From the NCBI RefSeq assembly GCF_006345805.1, contig NC_042999.1, positions 145,018,001-145,082,000 on the forward strand: DNA of 64,000 nt, in the 5' to 3' direction. The notes beneath the pieces were generated by a model that saw nothing but the letters and a program-made list of their open reading frames with translations, was not told the origin of the DNA and did not search any database. A program made the translations under genes and the position numbers. Source of the DNA: Octopus sinensis. Taxonomy: Eukaryota. Below, piece by piece: positions 48,530-60,697 of the stretch; the stretch's first letter is position 1, and each line of letters opens with the position of its first letter.

Positions 48530-48905
48530 GCGAGCTGGCAGAAATGTTAGCATGCCGGGTGAAATGCTTAGCGGTATTTCGTCTGCCGCTATGTTCTGAG
48601 TTCAAATTCTGCCTTTCATCCTTTCGGGGTCGATTAAATAAGTGCCAGTTATGCACTGGGGTCGATATAATCAACTTAATCCGTTTGTCTGTCCTTGTTT
48701 GTCCTCTCTGCGTTTAGCCCCTTGTGGGTAGTAAAGAAATAGGTATTTCATCTGTGTTTATGTTCGGAGTTCAAATTCTGCTGAGGTTGACTTTGCCTTT
48801 CATCCTTTCAGGGTCGATAAATTAAGTACCAGTTGTGTACTGGGGTCAGTCTAATCGACTGCCCCCTTCCCCCAGTCCCCCAAAATTTCAGGCCTTGTGC
48901 CTAGA
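48530..48905 (+). mobile_element. Dimeric SINE (ggcgagctggcagaa family)
   Basis: Two tandem arms, each with a B-box-like GAGTTCAAATT and ctttcatccttt..gggtcga..ataagt.ccagtt; degenerate minus copy near 51680-51850. Confidence 0.75.
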
Positions 48906-49953
48906 GTACAAAGCCTCTCCTTTCCATCTCAGATATTTTAAATTTTACTTTGTTGTTGCTTAGCTCCAGAGTAGCTGGGGTTGAAGAGAACTGTGATCAT
49001 AGATATTCAAACCATGACCATCTCTTCATTATGAAGGTGCATGGCTTAGTGGCTGGGGTATTCAGCTCATGATCATAAAGTTGCGAGTTCCATTCCCAGC
49101 AGCACATTGTTTCCTTGAGGAAAACACTTTTTCATATTACTCCAGTCCACTCAGCTGGCAAAAATGAGTAATGCCTGTATTTCAAATGGCCAGCCTTGCC
49201 ATTCTGTGTCACATTGAATCTCCCTGAGAGCTATGTTAAGGGGGTGTGTGTGTGTGTGTGTATGTGGAGTGCTCAGCCACTTGCACATTGATTTCACAAG
49301 CTGGCTGTTCCATCGATTGGATCAACTGGAACCCTCATTGTCATAACCAATGGAGTGCCTGTTACCTCTTCATTGTTAGAGGTATGTATGACACGTCTGA
49401 TTTGCCCTTTCCTTATTTAACACTATAGAGTGTGATTTGAGAATAGTTTGGCTGCTATTTCTAACAAGTTAAGTGACCTCATTGAGGCTCTCTCTGACTC
49501 TACTTGACTGTATATATATATATAACACTTCTTCATGACTCTGGCCATGATGACCAAATCAAACTGTACTACAACTAATAATTTATTGCTGGTCTCTTCT
49601 CTATCTCAGGGTACACCAACATCTCCTTTCTTGTTATTCCTTAATAACCCACCATAAAGAGATGCCGTGTGATGTACAACCCATTACTATTAGCACTGAG
49701 ATGGATGGGTGGATATTGCATATTTGATGAAAGCCTTTTTGTTCAATTACAGTGCCTAGCTGAAATCTTCTCTTGGAAAAATGTCTGTAATAGACTGGTG
49801 TTCTTTTCCGGTAGAGAAATAGTTCTCAACCCCCTTTACATGTTGGAAACTGGTATATACTCATGTTTACCAAAACACTTTTCTGCAATGCTGTAGATAA
49901 GAGAAAAGGATGAAAGCATATATATATATACCTCGCTCAAATGTGTGTGTATG

Positions 49954-49991
<38 letters not shown>

Positions 49992-49993
<2 letters not shown>

Positions 49994-50865
49994 CTCACAA
50001 GAAATGAAGCCAGTATGCTCAGATGGATGTGTAATGTCAGTGTTCATACTCGACAGAGTGTAAGTACCTTGAGAGAGAAGTTGGACCTAAGAAGCATCAG
50101 TTGCAGTGTGCAAGAGAGACGTTTGCGGTGGTATGGCCATGTGGCGAGAATGGATGAAGATAGTTGTGTGAAAAAGTGCCACACCCTAGCTGTTGAGGGA
50201 ACCTGTGGAAGAGGCAGATCCAGGAAAACCTGGGATGAGGTGGTGAAACACGACCTCCGAACTTTAGGTCTCACCGAGGAAATGACTAGAGACCGAGACC
50301 TTTGGAAGTATGCTGTGCGTGAGAAGACCCGGCAGGACAAGTGAGACCATCACCCATGGCCTCAGTCCACTTATGAATACCTTCTTGGGACACAAAACCC
50401 TACTTGTGAAGACCTCTTGAGGCAAGTGAAAATCGAAAAATCAAAAATCAAAATTGATCAACATGAATGGAAATTGTAGCTGTGATACCAGTGCTGGTGG
50501 AACATAAGAGAACCATCCGAACATGGCTGTTGCCAGTGCCGCCCTGACTGGCTTCCATGCTGGTGGCACATAAAAAGCACCATCCAATCGTGGCCATTGC
50601 CAGCCTCGTCTGGCCTCCATGCCGGTGGCACGTAAAAAGCACCATCCGACTGTGGCCCTTTGCCAGCCTCATCTGGCACCTGTGCCGGTGGCATGTAAAA
50701 AGTACCCACTACACTCATGGAGTGGTTGGTGTTAGGAAGGGCATCCAGCCGTAGAAACATTGCCAGATCAGACTGGGCCTGGTGCAGCCTTCTGGCTTCC
50801 CAGACCCCAGTTGCACCGTCCAACCCATGCCAGCATGGAAAGCGGACGCTAAACGATGATGATGA
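49992..50865 (+). mobile_element. Young RTE LINE 3' end, directly after (TA)n
   Basis: LTRNEASMLRWMCNVSV..RLRWYGHVARMDEDSCVKKC..GRGRSRKTWDEVVKHDL..QDK*; 3' UTR repeats; tail gcatggaaagcggacgctaaacgatgatg. Confidence 0.95.
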
Positions 50866-50884
50866 TGATATATATATATATATA

Positions 50885-51178
50885 TTCGAGTGAGGTTGTT
50901 GCCAGTGCCGCTGGACTAGCTCCTGTGCAGTTGGCACATAAAAAGCACCATTTAAGTGTGGCCATTGCCAGTACTGCCTGACTGGCCCTTGTGCCAGTGG
51001 CACATAAAAGCACCCACTACACTTTCGGAGTGGTTGGCGTTAGGAAGGGCATCCAGCTGTAGAAACTCTGCCAGATCAGATTGGAGTCTGGTGCAGCCAT
51101 CTGGTTCGTCAGACCTCAGTCAAATCATCCAACCCATGCTAGCATGGAAAGCGGACGTTAAATGATAATGATGATGAT
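50885..51178 (+). mobile_element. Second RTE 3' UTR-only copy immediately downstream
   Basis: Repeats the 3' UTR units and the tail. Confidence 0.85.
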
Positions 51179-51225
51179 ATATATATACATACATATATAC
51201 ATACACACACACACATCAATTTATA

Positions 51226-51261
<36 letters not shown>

Positions 51262-53199
51262 TATTTTTTCCCTTGGTTTTAGACTGTTTTTTAGAGGAAA
51301 GGGAGCCTCATTAGTTGAATGAAACCCTGTATATGATTTAATTCAAGCCACTGGATTCTGGAAGAGTTAAAGACAAAATTTGGTCCCATCAATATTTCGA
51401 CTCAAAATGTAGTGGGGTAAGATTATTCATGTTTATTGTTTGTAGCAGTTCCTGATATTGATTGCTTGCTGAGTCACAGAGCTAATGTTTTTGAAAAAGA
51501 ACAGTTGATTTAAATTTGTATACTATTGGTACTTATTTTATTGAACCAAGAGATGAAAAGCTGAATCTAACTTGTTCTGAACACAGAATTCAGTATGAAA
51601 TTTAATCTAGTGTTTACCACTTTTGCTGTTCCATGTAATTCTCTACTTCTAGCAGAGAAGCAGCAATAATTATGATCCTTTCTATTATAGGCACAAGCAC
51701 TGAATTTTGGGGGAAGGAGTTAGTTGATTACATCAACCCCAGTGTTCAACTGGTACTTATTTTATCAACCTCAGTAGAATTTGCTCTCAGAACATAAAGA
51801 TTAAATACTGCTAGGCATTTTATCTGGCATGCTAATACTTCTACCAGCTCACTACTGTAATAATAATAATAATAATAATACAAACAGGAAATCTCCCAGG
51901 ATTAATTAATCTGTGAAATTCTTGAACTTGTTGCTGCCACCTAACTGTATAAAAAGTAAAACAATGTTGCTCTTAGAACTGGAGAGCCAGTCATGCTGTT
52001 GTGAAACCTTTTAAAAAAAGTTACATTATTAAAGAACTGAAGCACAAAATCGCTTTGTCAAGTTTGAAATGCATAAAGCAGTACATCTTGATGAAAAGAG
52101 AAAGAAAGAAAGGGAAATAAAAATTGTTTTTCTTTTTCTCAAATTCATAATCTGGGAAAACATTACAGAGATAAGGATAATTGCCAAATTTTAGGTCAGA
52201 ACACTTTGTGGTTGTGGAGACACGAAAGACTTAAATATTTGTTTTACGCAGGAATATTGACAGCTTTTATGGTACTCAATTTCTTTTGACTTGGCATGTT
52301 GCCAAGTTTTGTTTGGTAGGAGGTATAGCCACTCCCTTGTAACTTTGAACTCTATGACAAGACATTTAGGTGTGTGGTTAACAAATTTGGTTTGCAACTG
52401 TGTACTTGTGTGTTCATTCTCTCTGCATGTCACCTTGGCATAATGTTGTCAATTATAGTTTTTGGTTGATCAATATCATAAAAGAGGAAACTGTTGTACA
52501 GAAATCTACCATTATCATCATCATCATTTAACATCTGCCTTCCATGCTAGCATAGGATGGATGGTTCAACAGGAATTCAAAAGTCAGAAGACTGCAGTAA
52601 GTGCTGTTGTCTGCATTAGCATGCTTTCTACAGTTGGCTGCCCTTCTTTATGCAACCTCTAGCGTATACTGGGTGCTTTTTACATGGCATCAACAGCAGT
52701 GATGCCATCAAGTAACTTAGCTAGACAAAATCCCTCCACAAAGGCATGAAGTAGTATTGAGGGACAGAAAAAAGAAGCCTTGTATTAGAGGGGAAAAATG
52801 TTCAACTCAAGTGGAGAGAAAGAGGTGGTGAGGGGGAAGGGGTAAGTGGACTGGGGATTGGAGAATGTGAGTGGGTGAGTGAATTCATGAGATTGTGAAA
52901 GGAGAATGATAGATTAAAGGTGGGATGTAATGAAGGAGAATAATAGATTAAGGGTGGAATGTAATGAGGGGGCATAGATATTGGGAGAGGGTATTAGATT
53001 ATGTTGAAGGCGAAAAGATTCATCAGGGACATACTGTATGCAAGTGGGTACTTGATGGAGCAGGTTAGGGCATGCAGCAGGTGGTGAGCATGGGTAGAGG
53101 AAGAGAGTGTTATGAAGATGGGTTGTGGGGGAGGTTTGACAGGGTACGGATTGTATGCAGTGGTGAGGTGCAAACATGAATGACATACCTCTTTGGCCT

Positions 53200-53945
53200 C
53201 AATTTAACTTTATTGGGTGAGTCTTCTCAAGCACAGCAAATTGCCAGTTGTTTTAGTAACGGCCCATGTTTTGCTGCCATGTGAGATAGCTGTCTGTACA
53301 CAGACATCATACAATCTGCTTTTCACTCTGAGGGAGAGGTCTTTTGTTACCAGCAAAGGTAATAGCTCCCTGGACTTTGCCTGGCCTGTTCTTATTTTAG
53401 CAACTAGGCTTTCAGAGCAACCTCCTTCATTGCTAATTTGGTTACCTAGGTAATGTAAACTATCTCCTTTTTCTAAGGATTCTCCTCCACATTTGAGGAA
53501 GTCTGTTTCCTGTACATTCTTGGTGTTTATTGTACCTGCATATCTGTGACATACAAAGATTACTTCCTCTGTTAACCTTCCTGTGATACTGCTGCACCGC
53601 TTTTGTGTCCATAGCTTTCACTGGGCATACTGTATGGAATTTCTACCTACACTTTTTTTTTACACATCAAGTAGAGGCCAGTTTCTTGAAGGGATTAGTA
53701 ATTTGTCTACTTTTCCGGCTTACTTAGTACTTTGGTCTTTGCTAAGTTAACTGTAAAACCCTTTGATTCTAGTCCATGCATCCACACCTGAAATTTCTCA
53801 AATTTTAGTGGAAATTTAGCTACAAGAACAAGGTCATCGGCATAGAGAAGCTTCCCAGGACAACCAGTTGTAAATTTTGGTTACAGCCTGGAGGACATTG
53901 ATAAAGAAGAGGGGACTGAGAACTGATCCTTGATGAACTACCTAC
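53200..53945 (-). mobile_element. RTE LINE internal RT fragment
   Basis: Minus strand VHQGSVLSPLLF, LLYADDLV (cttctctatgccgatgaccttgtt), Cys-rich insert and LPLLVTK..SETWAV. Confidence 0.88.
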
Positions 53946-53969
53946 ACATTAAATTTGTTCATTATTTAT

Positions 53970-54196
53970 ATTATTTACATTTGATGGGTATTTGTCCTCA
54001 TCTTCTTTGTTGTTAACACAACGTTTTGGCTGATATGCCCTCCAGCCTTCATCAGGTATCTTGGGGAAATTTCGAATTTGGATTCTCATTCCTAAGGTAT
54101 TTTTCGATGTTATTATTATTCAGGTCACTGCCTGGAATCGAACTCAGAATCTTGGGGTTAGTATCCCGCACTCTTAACCACTACGCCATATGCCCA
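53970..54196 (-). mobile_element. Solo tRNA-head plus hammerhead unit (SINE-like copy of the PLE terminal repeat)
   Basis: Minus strand starts at TGGGCATATGGCGTAGTGGTTAAGAG (A box), has GAGTTCGATTCC (B box), then gatacCTGATGAaggctggagggcatatcagccAAAAcgttgtgtt (G12 to A). No PLE coding sequence upstream. Confidence 0.85.
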
Positions 54197-54534
54197 CATA
54201 TATGTACATACACACACACACATACATATATCACCATCATCTTTATCATCATCATCATCATTTAACGTCCGCCTTCCAGGCTGGCATGGTGATATGTGTA
54301 TATATGTATATATAATGTGTGTGTGTGTGTGTATGTATATGCTGTTGTGGGATGGACAAATAAAACATGATTTCATTCCTTTATGTGGAGTTTGGGTGTG
54401 GTTTGGAATGGATTGCTCTATTTTTTATGTATTTCAATTACTCATGTAATGAACAACTTTGTTGATGAACAGGACTACAAGACTCTGGAATAGATGTCCA
54501 TATATAGAAATCCCATTGTGTGTGTGTGTGTATG

Positions 54535-54565
<31 letters not shown>

Positions 54566-54768
54566 GAGTAGAAGAAAACTTAAGGCACAGAGGCTGAAAC
54601 ATGCTGTATTACTCCAATACAATACACAACATGCGCATATACAAATGCTTCCAGTCTTTGCACCTAAAATATAAAGATTTTTGTTAAACTTTCTGCATTA
54701 TTAGAAGCTTGCGTTTTTATTTTTTCTGTTTTCTACTTCTGTATTACAATGCTTCAAGTGAACTACAA

Positions 54769-54803
<35 letters not shown>

Positions 54804-54991
54804 GAGAGAGGGGGGGGGCTCAGGTGTGGCTGTGTTGTTAAGAAGTTTGCTACCCAAACACATGGTTTTGGGTTCAAGTCTCTCACCATGGTACCTTGAG
54901 CAAGTAACTTCTACCTTAACTTCTGGCAGATCAAAGTGTTGTGAGGGAATTCAAAAGAAGCCTGCTGTGTGTGTGTGTTTGCATGTAGATA

Positions 54992-55025
<34 letters not shown>

Positions 55026-56467
55026 ATATATATATATATATGTATAGATCATTATCAATTAATGTCAATTGTCCATGCTGGCATGGGTTGGATGGTTTGA
55101 TTGGGCTGGCATGCTAGAAGGCTGCACCAGGCTCCAGTCTGATTTGGCATGGTTTTCAATGGCTGGTTGTCCTTCCTAATGCTAACCACTCCGAGACTGT
55201 AACGTGTGCTTTTATGTACCACCAGCATGGGCGCCATTTGCTACATTTGATTCCTACTATGCCCAACTTTTCTCTCAATCCATTTGCATTTTGCCATACA
55301 TGTACACTGATGGTGCACATCCAACAGAGCATACAACCTTCATTTCTCTCAAGTCTATTCATGCCTGTGCCTTTATTTTTTTTCTTTACTAAAACATACA
55401 AAAGCTATGACTTTCTGTTTTCCTTTCTGCTTATAGAATGTAAATTTGGCATCATTAAATAATGAGAGTGTATCCCTGCTTTCTTTCTCAAAGAAACAAG
55501 GCTCTGAGATTAAGAAGCTTGCTTTGCAATCACATGGTTTTGGTTCCAGTCCCACTGCATGGTACCCTAGGCAAGTGTCTTCTACAGTAGCCTTGGGCTG
55601 ATCATTATCTTGTGATTGAATTTTGTAGATAAAAACTGTGTGGAAGCCCATCGTGTGTGTGTTTCTCCCCTTGTATTTATTGTCCCTCTTGTCACTTGAC
55701 AGCTGGTGTTGGTTTGACTGTATCTCCATAACTTAATGATTTTGGCAAACGGGACTGAAAGAATAACTGCCAGACTAAAAAGAAACAAGTACTAGAATCC
55801 ATTTCATCAACTAAAACCCTTTAAGGCAGTGCCGCAGCATGGCCACAGACCAGTGACTGAAACAAGTAAAAGATAAAATATAAATTAGGATTAGGATAGA
55901 TTGACAGACAGATATGTAGGAGATTGATAGGAATTGGAGGGAGGGAGAGAGAAATAGATTGCAGGTGGCCAGCAAGTGAATCAGGAAATTAGATGAGCCG
56001 GCAAAATGAACCACAAAAGTGGTGGTCACTAGAACTGGAAACTTGAGATCTTTGGTTTCCTTGTCACTTTTCTTTCTTTGACTAAAATTTCTGATATTTT
56101 AGGAGAGTGACAAAAAGATAAAAAAATCTTCCTTTGCTTGTTTGTGAGCACATAAAACTGTGTGGCTATTAGATTATTTAGTGAATGACTGAACAAGTAG
56201 TCAGCAAATTGATGTTTTTCACATTTTTGTTTTTTAATTTCTTTATTTAAAAGAAATAAATATAATTGGTCTTGCATTTGGCCTGGCAATTAAAAGTCTG
56301 AAGAAAACTGTGTAGGCTTTCTACAAACTGCTAATTACCTAAGCCAAGATTGTATGGCTGAAAATGATCTAAATACAGTAATTACGCAAACTCTAAAAGT
56401 ATCTTATTTTGAACAATGTGTACATGTGCATCAATGTATGTATATATGTGTGTGGTGTGTGCATACA

Positions 56468-56507
<40 letters not shown>

Positions 56508-57118
56508 AGCTGGTTATTAAGCTTTAAAGAGGGAAATAGGTTAACAAATTGTGTTGCCTAATTTTGTTAATTTTCTTTTTCATCTATCTTTTTGTTCTAT
56601 TTTCTCTTCCCTTTTCATTAATAGAATCACATATTGGCTGGCTAATGCCAGGGTGATTATAATTCTGATTTACTGATGTTTAGATCATTGGTTCAATCTT
56701 TGCCTCAGGGCATTGCTTTGTAAACTTAACTGAGACACATAACTTATTAATCTAGCTGAAAAATAAGTCTCAACTCTGCTCACAGTCACATGGAAGAATG
56801 GCTTGGTGAGTGGGGAAGATGCCTGTTGCTTAAGAAGTTAAAGGTAGATTGGCACTAATGTACTTAATATAGCAAATGAAGAAATTTTAATTGCTTAAAA
56901 TCACTTCATTAGTAATGAGGACACATCAATTAATTGAATGTCTATGATCAATAAAAGACAACTTCAGAATTTTAAAATTTAAGTAATTAAAAATGGAATG
57001 CAGTTGGGAGAGTGAGTCTGATCTTTAGCTGTACTATAATAATTCCAAACAACTTTCTGTCTTATCATACCTCATCAGTAGATCATAGTTGAACCTTAAC
57101 TGTAACTCTTACAATGGC

Positions 57119-57166
<48 letters not shown>

Positions 57167-58236
57167 TATATATTTGTGAATGTCTTTCCTGTTCTTGCTT
57201 GACACCCCCCCCCCCCTCAACAACATGCATAATAGTGGCTTGCAGAATCAGTAGAGCATTGAATAAAATATCTTGTGGTATTTGTTTATATCTCTTTATG
57301 TTCTAAGTTCACATGCCACACACTCTGACTTCGTCTTTCTTTCTTTCTTCTGTGATCTGTATGACAGGAATTAGTTGAACTGGTGTTGACTTTAATCTTT
57401 CAAAGTGGCCAAGAAAAAGAATATACATTTATGTGTGTTTTATATAATATTATACTTGTATCATGATCATTTCACTTGTGTTTTTCTATGCTGGTATGGA
57501 CTAGTTGAGTCTTCTCTAGCACAACATCTCAACAATTATAGTGCATTGTCATCACCATCTTTGTCATCATCATCATCATCATGAAGTTCAGCATCTTTAG
57601 ATCAGCCTTCATCACTACTTTCTATTTTGTACTTGTTCTTTCTCTTCTGAAGATACCTCTCTACTTGGATTGCTAGACACTTCTTTACCCAACTGTCCTT
57701 ACTAGCCACTACATGTCTGTACCACAGTTGACCACACTTATGCTGCTTTTTTGTTTATGGTTGTTCTGGGTTTGATTCTCTGTGTAGCACCTTGGACAGG
57801 AGTTTTTTTATTGTAGCTTTGGGTTGACCCAACTTTCTGAATGAAATTTATTAAGGCAAAACTGCATAGAAGCCCATTGTATAAACTATATCTAGTAGAA
57901 TTAATCTGCCATCTGGTTAACACTACCATCTGATGTTCGGATGCCTATAGTGGAGATCAGTCTGTTGCAAGTAGCCAGACTAGTTATTCTTCCCTTTTTC
58001 TCCCACAGTATAAAGATCCAAGAAAACAACGTACACTTTCGTTTATTTTAATTAATATACATATTATAAAAACCCAGTATTGATCAGTTTGCAAAAGACT
58101 TTGTGGTTATTTAGATGGAAGATATCAAAATCTTACTTTTAATTTATTTTTTCTCCCTTTTTGTGTGAAATATTTAATTACAATATAGCTATAATATATT
58201 GGGTTAAATCAACTGTCTATTTTTTTTTTTTGGTAA

Positions 58237-59480
58237 TCATCATCATCATCGTTTAACGTCTGCTTTCCATATTAGCATAGGTTGGACGGTTCAACTGGGG
58301 TCTGGGAAGCCAGAAGGCTGCACCAGGCCCAGTCTGATCTGCCAGTGTTTCTACAGCTGGATGCCCTTCCTAACGCCAACCACTTTGTGAGTGTAGTGGG
58401 TGCTTTTTATGTGTCACCGGCACAGGTGCCAGACAAGGCTGGCAAACGGCCACGATCGGATGGTGCTTTTTACGTGTCACCAGCACGGAGACCAGACAAG
58501 GCTGGCAACGGCCATGATTGGATGGTGCTTTTTACGTGCCACCGGCACGGAGGCCAGTTAGGGCGGTGCTGACTACGATCACGTTTGGATGGTTCTCTTA
58601 CGTGCCACCGGCACTAGTATCACAGCTACAAATTCCATTGATGATGATCGATTACGATTTTGATTTCGATTTTTGATTTTCACTTGCCTCAAGAGGTCTT
58701 CACAAGTAGAGTTTTGTGTCCCAAGAAGGAAAGGAATGCATAAGTGGACTGGCTACATCCCAGGTAGAGGCCATGGGTTATGGCCTCACTTGTCCTGCCG
58801 GGTCTTCTCATGCACAGCATACTTCCAAAGGTCTCGGTCTCTAGTCACTTCCTCGGTGAGACCTAAAGTTCGAAGGTCGTGCTTCACCACCTTGTCCCAG
58901 GATTTCCTGGGTCTACCTCTTCCACAGGTTCCCTCAACCGCTAGGGTGTGGCACTTTTCGACACAACTATCTTCATCCATTCTCGCTACATGGCCATACC
59001 AGTGCAAACGTCTCTCTTGCACACCACAACTGATGCTTCTTAGGTCCAACTTTTCTCTCAAGGTACTTACACTCTGTCAAGTATGAACACTGACATTACA
59101 CATCCATCAGAGCATACTGACTTCATTTCTTGCGAGCTTATGCATATCCTCAGCAGTCACGGCCCATGTTTCACTGCCATGTAGCATGGCTGTTCATACA
59201 CATGCATCATACAATCTGCCTTTTACTCTGAGCAAGGGGCCTTTTGTCACCAGCAGAGGTAAGAGCTCTCTGAACTTTGCCCAGGCTATTCTTACTCTAG
59301 CAGTTACACTTTCAGCACACCAGCCCCCCGCTACTGACTTGGTCACCTAGGTAACGGAAGCTATCAACTATTTCTAGTTTTTCTCCCTGGAATGTTGCGG
59401 AAGATGGTCTCTGCGTATTTTCAGTGTTTATTGCTCCTGAGCATCTGCCACATACAAAAACTATCTTCCTAGTTAGTACA
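58237..59480 (-). mobile_element. Young 5'-truncated RTE LINE, same subfamily as 49992-50865, inverted
   Basis: REKLDLRSISCGVQERRLHWYGH..QDK*; same 3' UTR repeats and tail; 5' junction has a short duplication (ctatcttccta) and abuts (TA)n. Confidence 0.95.
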
Positions 59481-60661
59481 AAAGCTATCTTCCTAATATA
59501 TATATATATATATATATTCTATTTATCACGTCTCTGTCTACCTGCATACCCACATACAATTCAAGGAAACAAACCATGGTAATAGAATAAACAGTAGAAC
59601 ATTCTTGTTAGTCATGATCAGCACACAGCTAAAATCATATTTTTCATAAATGTCAGGCCTCACAGTCTTTAGTATTTCGTCATGGCAACCACTCACATTT
59701 CATTCACATAGCCAAGATCACACTAAAAAGGTTAGGTTTTTTTATTGAGATTTAGAAAATTATTCAGCTTTGTAACAGCTGCTGACTCTGCGTAAGTCAC
59801 TGTTCTAGTGCACTTACTGTACATTGGCAGATTGCAAACCACACCAAAAAAGATAGGGGTAAAAAGTAGCTGGTTTCTGATGGGCAAGTTTTACACTAAA
59901 CAACATTCTGCAACCACTGGTTCACTGTCAGGAGTTGTTCTCTCCCCCTGTTTTATATACTATAGTATTAGTCTTACTGATATTCTACTTCTCTGAATTT
60001 GTTGTCTGTATACCAAATTTTCTTAAATCCATTCACTGTGGCTGTCTCTCGTTTTTTTTTGCCTATCAGACTATATATGTCTTATTCTACCAGACTGCAC
60101 TAAAATCATTTTTTCAGTTTTTTTTTTTCTTTAGAATTAAAGCTTTTTGCTTCTCTTTCTATACATATTTCATCATCCAATCACTAACCTGCAGCAGAAG
60201 AAAAATGGTTTATGTAGCAATATTATTGGTTTACCATCTCATACAGTTGAGGTTAAGTGAATGAGTGAATACAGAATTGAGACTGTATGATTATAAGCCA
60301 TGAATTCAAATCAGCTGCAAGCATTTTATGTATGGACAGAATGCTTTATTCTGGGTTGCTTCAGCTCACATAGCTTTTGAAAAGAGGTACCATGTATCTG
60401 GAAATGTTACCTGTAATGGTAATAATCTTATCCTGGTGATATTTATCTCTAATGCATTTAATGCCAATGAGATATGCATGGATAACTGTTTAAGATGTTT
60501 GAATCACAATTGCATATATCTGAGTTAGATCCCAAAGTGTGGCACCTTGGGCAAGTGTCTTCTACCATAACCTTGGGTTTGTCAGTGTTTTGTGAGTGGA
60601 AGTTGGGAGGTGAAAACTATGCAAAAGCTCACTATATATGTATGAATATACATATATATGA

Positions 60662-60697
<36 letters not shown>

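Noticed and set aside
50520-50710. CRISPR-like repeat-spacer appearance
   Set aside because: The units are degenerate tandem repeats without unique spacers, inside a eukaryotic LINE 3' UTR, with no cas genes.
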